The notes under the pieces are model-generated. The model ran no database searches and had not been told where the DNA came from. It saw only the letters and a list, made by a program, of their open reading frames with translations. Both the position numbers and the translations under genes were made by a program. 41,334 nt of DNA, from sequence record DRR723986_7195. One strand, given 5' to 3'. Shown piece by piece: positions 8,768-18,944 of the stretch (within the stretch, counting starts at the first letter, position 1; every line of letters starts with the position of its first letter).

Positions 8768-10690
8768 ATGAATAAAAGTAGTTCAGGCACTAATATTCGA
8801 CTACTTGGCGTTCCGTCAGTGTATTACTCGCGGAATACCCCTTTTCCTGCCAAGGGATACGCGTTGCTTGCAGTATTGTTGCTTGTTCCTGGCAACGAGC
8901 TTGCGCGTCAAAAGGCGGCTGCCCTGCTTTGGGAGGATGTCGCTCAAACCAGGGCCATGGCAAACCTCAGGCAACTGCTTGTGAGGGTTCAAAGCAGGCA
9001 GCCCGAAGCCGGACCGCTCATTGAAACGACCCAGACCAGAATCAGTCTTGGGCCCGGGGCGCAAAGTTCCGATCTGGCCGCTTTTCTCCAGTCCTGCAAG
9101 GCTACCGACCTTGAAGGCATGATGTCCGGGATAGAGCAGTTCACCGGTGAACTGCTCGATGGCATGGAGTTCGAAGGTGAACAGCTGAACCTTTGGCTGC
9201 TGACCGAGCGCGCGAGCCTGAGGGAGAAACTGTTTAACAGAGCAGCAGCAGCCCTTGAGGAAACAACACGCTTCGGAGCGGATCGTGGCGGCAACATCGG
9301 CAAGATCGCTGATCGGCTTCTGGCTTTCGAACCTGACAGCCCCGAATGCTATCGTATCATTTCAAAAGCTTATGGCAGGTGTGGCGATCAGGATGGCGTC
9401 GATCGTATCGACCGGTTGATGAATTCGGTTCTCAATCCTGCCTTGCCTCGCGTACCTGGCAATACAAGCAGCAAGCCTTCAGGAACAGTCTGGGTCGCAC
9501 CGACGGGGGTCAAACCGGTTGAGGAGCGTCCGGCACCTCCCAAACCACCGGTTCCGCGCGTTGCCTTTTCGTCGCCCCGCCACATCGATCAACATCCGGA
9601 TGCGCAGCTTGCCGAGGCATTCGTCGAGGATGTCGCGAACAGTTTCTCCAGATTCAAGACATTTGTCGTGGTCTCGCCGTTCAGTACGATGCGTGACTTT
9701 CGCGGCGGTAATGTAAGCAACTGGGAAAAAATTCGGTCCAACTACTCCGTGCAGAGTTTTCTGCTCCCGGGCAGCCAAAAGATTTCCTTTACCGTTATCG
9801 ATGACGGCACAGGGGAGATCATCTGGTCTGCGGAGTATTCGATGGAGCCGGAGGACCTTCACTATACCTTCCGGCTTCTTGCAAAAACCGTGGCAGCCAA
9901 TCTCGCCCAGCAGATCGAGCGACAGATGCTCGACTCCGGTCGGTCGATCAATGCCCAGAGCTATCTGCACGTCTTGCGGGGGCAGAACCTCATCAAGACC
10001 TGTAATCTGAGCATGATCCGCCGGGCCAGAAAGGAATTCCGGCAAGGTCTCACGTACGACAAGGACCTGTCCATCGCCCGCGCTCGCATAGCGCAGACAA
10101 TGCAACTGGAATGGTTGCTGCTCGGGGGGACGGATCCGCACCTTCTTCACCGCGCCAAGGCGGAAGCGGACGCAGCCATCGAGATCGATTCGACGGCCGG
10201 TATCGGCTACTGGATGGCTGCGGTCATCGCGCTTTACCAACGTGATTACACGACCTCGGAAGCCAAGTTCCAGGAAGCCGAGACCTTGAGCCCCAACTCT
10301 TCGGATCTGCTCATACAGCACGCAGATGCGCTTGCGCATTTCGGCAAGCCCAAGGACGCCTGGAAGCGTTTCAAGCACGCGATCGATCTCAATCCACTTG
10401 CACCGGACATCTACTGGTGGGCGGGTGCGAGCATCGCCTTCAAGCTGGCCGACTACGCAGAGGCCGTCCGGCTGTGCAAGCAGATGGACGACGAGGAACC
10501 TGCATTGCGCGTCCTGACGGCAAGCCTCGCTCTCGACGGGCAAATCGAGAGCGCAAGGCAATATGCGCGACGACTCATGGACGTCTATCCGGGGATGACC
10601 GCACAGGAAATCGTTCGCTTCCAACCAGACAAGAATCCAGAGAACAACAAGATCTTTCTGGAAGGTCTGAAACTCGCCGGCTTCGACTAA
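8768..10690 (+). CDS. SARP/BTAD-like transcriptional regulator with TolB-like domain and TPR repeats
   Basis: N-terminal KGYALLAVLLL..RQKAAALLWE..AMANLRQLL, GELLDG..WLLTERASLR; Pro-rich linker; AEAFVEDVANSFSRF; TPR-like AETLSPNSSD, AIDLNPLAP. Confidence 0.75.
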   Translation: MNKSSSGTNIRLLGVPSVYYSRNTPFPAKGYALLAVLLLVPGNELARQKAAALLWEDVAQTRAMANLRQLLVRVQSRQPEAGPLIETTQTRISLGPGAQSSDLAAFLQSCKATDLEGMMSGIEQFTGELLDGMEFEGEQLNLWLLTERASLREKLFNRAAAALEETTRFGADRGGNIGKIADRLLAFEPDSPECYRIISKAYGRCGDQDGVDRIDRLMNSVLNPALPRVPGNTSSKPSGTVWVAPTGVKPVEERPAPPKPPVPRVAFSSPRHIDQHPDAQLAEAFVEDVANSFSRFKTFVVVSPFSTMRDFRGGNVSNWEKIRSNYSVQSFLLPGSQKISFTVIDDGTGEIIWSAEYSMEPEDLHYTFRLLAKTVAANLAQQIERQMLDSGRSINAQSYLHVLRGQNLIKTCNLSMIRRARKEFRQGLTYDKDLSIARARIAQTMQLEWLLLGGTDPHLLHRAKAEADAAIEIDSTAGIGYWMAAVIALYQRDYTTSEAKFQEAETLSPNSSDLLIQHADALAHFGKPKDAWKRFKHAIDLNPLAPDIYWWAGASIAFKLADYAEAVRLCKQMDDEEPALRVLTASLALDGQIESARQYARRLMDVYPGMTAQEIVRFQPDKNPENNKIFLEGLKLAGFD

Positions 10691-10715
10691 GTAAACCCAT
10701 TTACAGGAGAAAATT

Positions 10716-11138
10716 ATGCCTAATTCGTCATTTTACGTGATCGGAAAACGCGGTCATGGAGTTGTTTTTTTGCGAATGGATCCGCTGCGCGTATCTCGAG
10801 TGTCGCACCAGACAATTCTGGCTTACGAAGCGCAAAATGCCGGTGTCGACGGCTATGCACGCATTGCTGCTGCTGCCCGCGTCCTGTTCGCCGAAAGTGA
10901 CGGCAATCCGGAAACAAGCCTCAGCCAGGTCGAGTCGGAAGGTATCTACCAGGCAATCAAACAGGGCAGCACGATCTCGGATGTCGATTTTGCCTTCCTC
11001 ACTGATGTCGACGACAGCGATTGGGACCTCAACAGGCTGAGCTGGGCGCCGATCCAGGATCCGGTTTCCAAGACCGGCTCTGGTTCTGATTCCGGAAATC
11101 CCGACACGCTTCAGGATGCCGTGCTTTCGGACGATTGA
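10716..11138 (+). CDS. Hypothetical protein (140 aa) directly upstream of YcaO
   Basis: Strong RBS AGGAGA before ATG; same-strand position between regulator and YcaO. Confidence 0.7.
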   Translation: MPNSSFYVIGKRGHGVVFLRMDPLRVSRVSHQTILAYEAQNAGVDGYARIAAAARVLFAESDGNPETSLSQVESEGIYQAIKQGSTISDVDFAFLTDVDDSDWDLNRLSWAPIQDPVSKTGSGSDSGNPDTLQDAVLSDD

Positions 11139-11190
11139 TCCGGAAGGCGGCCTGACTGGCAAAATCGCACCGCTACAGGAGGTATTCGCT

Positions 11191-12360
11191 GTGCAATCCG
11201 ATCCTTTCTCTCCGCAATTCCTGCGCAGCTTCGGCATTACCAGATTGGGTGAGATCACCGGGCTGGACACGATCGGGATACCGGTCTGGTTCGCAACCAG
11301 GCCGAATTCCAGGTCTCTTTCCGTTTCCCAGGGAAAAGGTGTGACCGACGATCAGGCGAAGATTTCAGCGATCATGGAAGCCGTGGAATGTGCTGTCGCC
11401 GAACAACCGCGACAGCACGTCACGGAGTTCGCGACGATCGAAGACATGGCGCGCCAGCAAAGGAGCGTCATTCCGTTCTTTGATCTAGCAAGGGTCAACC
11501 CGCATCAGCTCGACCCGACCCGCCAGCGCGCCTGGGTTCCTGGAACGTCCCTGATTTCCGGCGAGCAACGCTTCGCACCCTACGAATTGGTCGGGATGGA
11601 CATGCGTAGCGACATGCCTTGGGACCGTCATGCCTTCCGAATGACATCCCAGGGGTTGGCGGCGCATTTCTCGATCGACAAGGCCATCGAACACGCCCTG
11701 CTTGAGCTCGTGGAACATGACGCGTCCAGTGTGGTCGATACTTTCGGTTTGTTCGTCAACAATATCCGGGAGGTCACCGACTACGAGGGCGCGAACGCCG
11801 ATCTAGACGCCATTCTGGAGAAGTTCTCAAAAGCCGGGCTTGACCTTCACATATACGCTCTTCCAGGACGCGTGAAACTTCCGGTCATTGCCGCTGTCAT
11901 CTCGCGGCAGGTGAATGGGCCATCCGGTGTCATTTCGCGTGCTCCTGCCGGAATTGCCTGCCGGACGAACGTTGCCGAGGCGATACTCGCAGCCCTGCTG
12001 GAAGCGGTGCAGTCACGTCTGACGGACATTGCCGGTGCGCGCGACGACCTTGCGATGGATCGTTTTCAGCAGTCCAAGGATGGCGTAGCCAGGAACCAGC
12101 CACCACTCATTCCTCTTGCCAAACTTGAGGCTGAGTTCCGCCCTGCAAGGCAGTCGTCCATGGGGTGGCAGGATGTCCTGAAGCTGATGCGGGCGGCCGG
12201 CATTGAAGATGCCTACATGTTTCCGCTAAAATCGCCGGTCCCGGACGTTCACGTGGTGAGGACGATCGTCACAGGCCTTGATGCGCATTCCGGCAGCTTC
12301 TCCGAAATGTCCATGAACTCGATACTGCTGACGACGGAAGTGCTGAGCACTGCATGTTGA
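11191..12360 (+). CDS. YcaO-family protein, TfuA-associated (thioamide-forming type)
   Basis: GITRLGEITGLDTIGIPV, RPNSRSLSVSQGKG, AIMEAVE, TSQGLAA, LLELVEHD, LLEAVQSR, IAGARDDL; AGGAGG 8 nt before GTG 11191 (ORF open from 11116). Confidence 0.9.
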   Translation: MQSDPFSPQFLRSFGITRLGEITGLDTIGIPVWFATRPNSRSLSVSQGKGVTDDQAKISAIMEAVECAVAEQPRQHVTEFATIEDMARQQRSVIPFFDLARVNPHQLDPTRQRAWVPGTSLISGEQRFAPYELVGMDMRSDMPWDRHAFRMTSQGLAAHFSIDKAIEHALLELVEHDASSVVDTFGLFVNNIREVTDYEGANADLDAILEKFSKAGLDLHIYALPGRVKLPVIAAVISRQVNGPSGVISRAPAGIACRTNVAEAILAALLEAVQSRLTDIAGARDDLAMDRFQQSKDGVARNQPPLIPLAKLEAEFRPARQSSMGWQDVLKLMRAAGIEDAYMFPLKSPVPDVHVVRTIVTGLDAHSGSFSEMSMNSILLTTEVLSTAC

Positions 12361-13082
12361 ACCCCGCCGTTTTTGCAGGACCGAGCGTTCACGGCTTGGC
12401 CGGCGATCTTTTTGACGGCCTGGACGTATTCCCACCTGCGGCACGCGGAGACATTCTGCGAGCAGTGGGGCAGGGGCGCCGCGTGATCGGATTGATTGAT
12501 GGTTACTTCAACTCCACCCCTTCTGTCTGGCACAAGGAAATCCTGTTCGCCCTACAGGAGGGGTGCCGGGTATACGGCGCGGCCAGCATGGGCGCATTAC
12601 GGGCTGCAGAGTGCTTCCCATTCGGGATGGTTGGTGTCGGGGCAATTTTTGCAGACTACCAAGCGGGAAGTCGTCAATCGGATGCGGATGTTGCTGTTTC
12701 GCACGCTCCGGCAGAACTGGGCTACTGCCCGCTGACACTGGCGCTGGTGGATGCGGAGGCGACGCTGTCTGCAGCTTTGAAAGGCGGGTTCATTGCCGAG
12801 AGCGCACATGATGCATTGCTGAAAGCTGCAACCGATCTGCATTTTTCCACGCGAACCTGGGTGCGCGTGCTGAGCGAAACAGGACTTTCCGAAGCTGAAA
12901 GCGCTCACTTTCTGAAGTGCCTGCCGGAGTTCGAGCAGAGCTTGAAACGGCAAGACGCTCAAAAGCTCCTGACCAATCTGAAAGAGAACATCGAGATTGA
13001 GACGCATGATGGTCAGGACAGTTGGAAAATACAGAACACCCTTTTTCTCAAGTCACTTGAAAAAGAAATTCTCGGCAGGTGA
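12354..13082 (+). CDS. tfuA: TfuA-like protein
   Basis: VFAGPS, PPAARGD, GLIDGYF, VWHKEIL, GAASMGALRAAE..FGMVGVGAIF, LKRQDA; start overlaps the YcaO stop. Confidence 0.9.
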   Translation: MLNPAVFAGPSVHGLAGDLFDGLDVFPPAARGDILRAVGQGRRVIGLIDGYFNSTPSVWHKEILFALQEGCRVYGAASMGALRAAECFPFGMVGVGAIFADYQAGSRQSDADVAVSHAPAELGYCPLTLALVDAEATLSAALKGGFIAESAHDALLKAATDLHFSTRTWVRVLSETGLSEAESAHFLKCLPEFEQSLKRQDAQKLLTNLKENIEIETHDGQDSWKIQNTLFLKSLEKEILGR

Positions 13083-13088
13083 CAGCTA

Positions 13089-14330
13089 ATGAAAATGGAG
13101 ATTGTAAAAGCCAGGACCACATGGTCAATCGTGCCGGATTGTGGCGGTCTGATTGAAACGATAGCGATCTCACTACCTCAAAAGGTTTTTGATCCCGGCA
13201 ATACTCACGCCGAAAAGATACTTGCCGCGATCGGAAATTTGCTCAAGGCCATGCCTTCGAGCGTTTCAATCCTGGTATTTGCCGATGCATTTAACGAGGC
13301 GGCTGCAAGGAGCTGGATCGAAACACAGACCGAGTGTCGCTATGACATTGTTCTGGCAGGCGCTAGGCCGCTTGAAAGTGCAGATATTTGGGCACAGGAT
13401 TCCATCTTGGTACAAATGCGAGGCAACGACCTGCGGATTGCCGCTCCAGCATGCGACTGGCCCAGGGGCATCTTGCCGGGGTTACTGGCCGAACATCTCT
13501 CTGTGGCCTGCCACGATCTGCCACTCTTTTTGCCGGGTGGAGACCAGATCGTTGGCGAGGGCTTTCGTCTCATCGGTCACACAAGCCGGCTGAGATCAGC
13601 CTCCAACAAGTATGGCGGTGACAGCACTTTGCTTGCCGCAGATCGGCGTATCGGTGAACTCGATACCAGACCTGTCTGCTATTGGGGATACCGAAGACAA
13701 GACCTGTTCGAAAAGCCCTCCGTCGATTCTCGAGAAAGCAGGGCCGGCAAGAACACTGCAGTTTCGAACCGTAAGGGAGAACTGGACCGGCAAACAGCGA
13801 ATGATTTGCTCGGGGACCTTCCATTTTCTCATTTGCGGCCGGATCTGGTTACGACCATTGAGCGGTGCGAAAGCCATGTCGACAGATATGTTTCTCCAAC
13901 AGGTTTGCGCCATAACGGCAAGCACTTGTTATTGTTGGCAGACCCGGTGGCCGTGGCCCCAGAAGCCATCAGTAAGGCAAAGCGGGAAAAGAGACTTCTT
14001 GATGCTTCGGAACATTGGTTGAGGGACCAGGGTTTCGAAATCATCCGCAATCCAGTTCCCTGTGGGGTCGACGTAAAGAACGCAGTCAGACCGCGACTCT
14101 ACAACAACGTTCTTCTGGAAAATGCGGTACGAGAGGGAAATGGCAAACCAATCATGTGGTTGCCATGCTTCGGCGAAGACAGCAGGTTCACGGAATTCGA
14201 TGCGGAGAACGCCAGGATCTGGAAGGATCTCGGCTTCGATCCCAAGCTGGTCTTCGGCTGGGAAAGCCTTGCCCATGCAAATGGCGCACTGCGCTGTGCC
14301 AGCAAGGTAATCAGACGGCAAGCAACTTGA
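13089..14330 (+). CDS. Protein-arginine-deiminase-like / amidinotransferase (pentein) superfamily enzyme
   Basis: WAQD (13389-13400), PGGD, HVD (13875-13883), YNNVL and C-terminal GALRC (14283-14297) in canonical Asp-His-Asp-Cys order; starts 6 nt after tfuA. Confidence 0.65.
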   Translation: MKMEIVKARTTWSIVPDCGGLIETIAISLPQKVFDPGNTHAEKILAAIGNLLKAMPSSVSILVFADAFNEAAARSWIETQTECRYDIVLAGARPLESADIWAQDSILVQMRGNDLRIAAPACDWPRGILPGLLAEHLSVACHDLPLFLPGGDQIVGEGFRLIGHTSRLRSASNKYGGDSTLLAADRRIGELDTRPVCYWGYRRQDLFEKPSVDSRESRAGKNTAVSNRKGELDRQTANDLLGDLPFSHLRPDLVTTIERCESHVDRYVSPTGLRHNGKHLLLLADPVAVAPEAISKAKREKRLLDASEHWLRDQGFEIIRNPVPCGVDVKNAVRPRLYNNVLLENAVREGNGKPIMWLPCFGEDSRFTEFDAENARIWKDLGFDPKLVFGWESLAHANGALRCASKVIRRQAT

Positions 14331-14407
14331 TCGAACGGAACTAGACGTAAACCGACACGGACACGTGTGTCTTCAGGATCAGGCTAGTTTTTTTCAGAAG
14401 AAGAGGT

Positions 14408-14481
14408 TGGCTGGGGAACCTGGATTCGAACCAGGACTAACGGAGTCAGAGTCCGTGGGTCTACCGTTAACCTATTCCCCA
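14408..14481 (-). tRNA. tRNA-Gln (anticodon CTG)
   Basis: Reverse complement TGGGGAATAGGTTAACGGTAGACCCACGGACTCTGACTCCGTTAGTCCTGGTTCGAATCCAGGTTCCCCAGCCA: cloverleaf, GGTTCGAATCC T-loop, encoded CCA. Confidence 0.96.
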
Positions 14482-14554
14482 ACAATGCTCATAAGGCGAG
14501 CTGCCAATCGTCGGTACAGGGCGAAATGATTGGTCGCTCTCGATTGGTGTGCCG

Positions 14555-14585
14555 CATATACATCCATCACATTCACGATTGCAAG
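14555..14585 (-). promoter_or_regulatory. Candidate sigma70 promoter for tRNA-Gln
   Basis: CTTGCA-N18-GTATAT on the minus strand, similar to the alphaproteobacterial CTTGAC-N17-CTATAT consensus. Confidence 0.3.
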
Positions 14586-14773
14586 ACCCGTCGACGACTT
14601 TTTTGTGAAATTGCATGCCTGTGGAAAGTCTCGCGAAAGACTGTATGCATTCGTTTCAAGGAAAGCTTTTCCGGCGAGGGGCAACCTGTTACAGTTTTGT
14701 CAACGAAAGACGCAGTCCCCAGCAGCGCCCCTTGAAAAACGGCGGCAGCACTGGAGATCTGAAAGGCAAAAAC

Positions 14774-16483
14774 GTGACTCAGTCAGGTCAGGAACCGCCC
14801 GAGAAAGGGCGTCGTACCCCTGATGTGTCCGGAACCAGCGGGGCTCCCAGGGAGCCCGGGGGAACATCCAGACGACGCCGAAAGCGCAAGTCTGGCAAGC
14901 GCCCCAAAGGCAACTCTGCGACACAGGCAAACAGTGTCGTCAACGGAGTGCCTGAAACGGACGGGCGAATTCCGTCCAGTGCTGTGACCGGACCCGTCGA
15001 TCAAGCACTCGCCGCGCAGGAACAGCCTGCGCGAAAGGGTGAGGGTGCGTCCACTTCCCAGAAACGTCGCAAAAAACGGAAGCGCGGGCGGGCAGCCGGT
15101 GGTGAGGGCGTGCAAAACGTCCAGGCAGGTGGGCTGAACCAGGATGGTGCGGAACGACAACCTGACACCACGACGAGCCTGAAGGGAAAGAAGGCAGCCC
15201 GTAGACGCGGCCGACGGCGCAAACAGTCCGCCAACGGAGCAGAATCAGCACCTGTTGCAAGGACAAACGATGACGACATCGTTGTCAGCTCAAAGACACT
15301 CGAAAAGAATACCGGTACCCCATCCCACCGTAATCATGAATTGCGCGTGCGTCGGGACGGCGAAAATCGCCCGTCAGCAAGCCGGAAGGAACAGGTCGAC
15401 GGTTCTCGTAATCCTGCACCATATGAGCGGTCTACGGGCAGGAACAACTCACCGCTTTATGCCGCGCTTGATCTTGGGACCAATAATTGCCGGCTTTTGA
15501 TCGCCCGACCTGAAGATCGCGGATTTCGTGTGGTCGACGCCTATTCCCGAATAGTGCGCCTCGGAGAAGGTGTCGGCTCGAACAGAATGTTGAGCGATGC
15601 GGCCATGGAACGGGCAATCGATGCTCTTGCCCAATGCCACCGGAAACTTGCCGACAGAGGGGTTGCGCGCTCAAGGCTTATCGCGACAGAGGCCTGTCGG
15701 GCAGCCGAAAATGGTGCTGACTTCATCGAAAGGGTGAAAGCGGAGACAGGTTTGGCGCTCGAGGTCGTCAACCGCGAGACAGAGGCCCGCCTGGCAGTCG
15801 CCGGATGCGCTTCGCTTGTGGATCACGATGCCGATGGCGTGATTCTGTTCGATATCGGCGGAGGGTCCTCGGAGATCGTCTGGCTGGACCTGCGCAACCG
15901 TTGTGGCGCGCGGGGCTATGCATTGACCCGCTTCATCCGGTCTTGGATCTCGTTGCCGGTCGGCGTCGTCAACCTTGCAGAGCGGCACGGCGGTGTACAC
16001 GTGACACCGGATATCTTCGAAGCCATGATTGAAGATGCCGCCGAACATCTGGCAGCGTTCAATCTTGCTAATAACCTGACCGAAGCTATCGCGTCGGGCA
16101 GGGTCCATATGCTCGGAACATCTGGTACGGTCACCACACTGGCCGGTGTCCATCTGGGCCTGAAACGTTATGACAGGCGCAGGGTCGACGGTACCTGGCT
16201 GGAAGATGGGGACGTCTCCAGAATGATTGATCAGCTGCGCGACATGCCTTATGAGGCACGCGTGGATAATCCATGCATTGGTGCGGATAGGGCTGATCTT
16301 GTTCTGGCAGGTTGTGCCATCCTGGAAGCTATCCGCCGCCGCTGGAGTTGCTCACGTCTGCGCGTCGCGGACAGAGGACTTCGCGAAGGCATTCTTACAG
16401 AATTGATGGCGGCCGATGGTGTCTGGTCGCACCGCAAAAACGGCTCCCGGCATAATCGCGGGCGCCAAGGGAACAGAACATGA
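14774..16483 (+). CDS. Ppx/GppA-family phosphatase with a long basic N-terminal extension (start uncertain)
   Basis: [71 protein letters not shown] open from 14615; GTG 14774 chosen. Confidence 0.85.
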   Translation: MTQSGQEPPEKGRRTPDVSGTSGAPREPGGTSRRRRKRKSGKRPKGNSATQANSVVNGVPETDGRIPSSAVTGPVDQALAAQEQPARKGEGASTSQKRRKKRKRGRAAGGEGVQNVQAGGLNQDGAERQPDTTTSLKGKKAARRRGRRRKQSANGAESAPVARTNDDDIVVSSKTLEKNTGTPSHRNHELRVRRDGENRPSASRKEQVDGSRNPAPYERSTGRNNSPLYAALDLGTNNCRLLIARPEDRGFRVVDAYSRIVRLGEGVGSNRMLSDAAMERAIDALAQCHRKLADRGVARSRLIATEACRAAENGADFIERVKAETGLALEVVNRETEARLAVAGCASLVDHDADGVILFDIGGGSSEIVWLDLRNRCGARGYALTRFIRSWISLPVGVVNLAERHGGVHVTPDIFEAMIEDAAEHLAAFNLANNLTEAIASGRVHMLGTSGTVTTLAGVHLGLKRYDRRRVDGTWLEDGDVSRMIDQLRDMPYEARVDNPCIGADRADLVLAGCAILEAIRRRWSCSRLRVADRGLREGILTELMAADGVWSHRKNGSRHNRGRQGNRT

Positions 16484-17187
16484 GTCAGGGCAAAAAGGGA
16501 ACAGGCGACCGTGGTCTCCACGTCAAGGTGAAGACGTCCGCTGGTCGGCGCGAATCCTCCACGCGTTGGCTGCAGAGGCAATTGAACGATCCATACGTGC
16601 GCCGCGCGAAGATGGACGGTTACAGGTCGCGAGCTGCTTACAAGCTGATAGAGATCGACGACAAGCACAAATTGCTGAAACCCGGTTACCGGGTGGTCGA
16701 TCTTGGTTGCGCACCGGGTGGCTGGTGTCAGGTTGCGGTGGAAAGGGTGCAGTCCTCCGTGGAAGCGCCCAAGGTGGTCGGGATCGACTATCTGGAAATG
16801 GACCACGTGCGAGGAACGACATTCCTGCAAAAAGACTTCCTGGACGACGATGCTCCAGCCGCCTTGCTGGAAGCGCTCGGTGGCCACAAGCCCGATGTCG
16901 TTCTGTCCGACATGGCGGCGCCGACCACTGGCCACAAGCAGACCGACCATTTGCGCACGACGCATCTATTCGAGATCGCAATCGATTTCGCGAGACGCAA
17001 CCTCGTTCCGGGTGGCTCGTTCCTGGCGAAGGTTTTTCGGGGCGGGACGGAAAATGCACTGCTTAACGACCTGAAACGCGAATTCAAATCGGTGGCCCAT
17101 TTGAAACCGCCGGCAAGTCGCAAGGAAAGCCCGGAACTTTATGTGATCGCGAAGGGCTTTCGCGGAAGTAATCTTGATCCGGACTGA
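16480..17187 (+). CDS. rlmE: 23S rRNA Um2552 methyltransferase RlmE/FtsJ
   Basis: [48 protein letters not shown]. Confidence 0.95.
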   Translation: MSQGKKGTGDRGLHVKVKTSAGRRESSTRWLQRQLNDPYVRRAKMDGYRSRAAYKLIEIDDKHKLLKPGYRVVDLGCAPGGWCQVAVERVQSSVEAPKVVGIDYLEMDHVRGTTFLQKDFLDDDAPAALLEALGGHKPDVVLSDMAAPTTGHKQTDHLRTTHLFEIAIDFARRNLVPGGSFLAKVFRGGTENALLNDLKREFKSVAHLKPPASRKESPELYVIAKGFRGSNLDPD

Positions 17188-17230
17188 ACCGTTTTCAACT
17201 CGACCGGGAAGCCGGTTTGCCATGAGAGAC

Positions 17231-17270
17231 AGGGGGAACGCCCCATAGCGGGCGTCACCCCCTTTTCTTT
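17231..17270 (+). terminator. Probable intrinsic terminator after rlmE
   Basis: AGGGGG-AACGCCC..GGGCGT-CACCCCCT stem followed by TTTCTTT. Confidence 0.45.
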
Positions 17271-17346
17271 CTGTCACCTGCGTGTTATTGACCCGCGCCA
17301 ACTTCTCCGGCACAGCCGAAGCGACTCGAAAGATGCAGGCTTTTGA

Positions 17347-18894
<1,548 letters not shown>

Positions 18895-18944
18895 ACCACA
18901 CGGTATCGGGGCGCTTTGGAACAGGCGCCCCGCAAAGGAACAGC

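Noticed and set aside
11116-11190. Longer YcaO start at 11116
   Set aside because: It overlaps the upstream gene; the in-frame GTG at 11191 has a well-spaced AGGAGG
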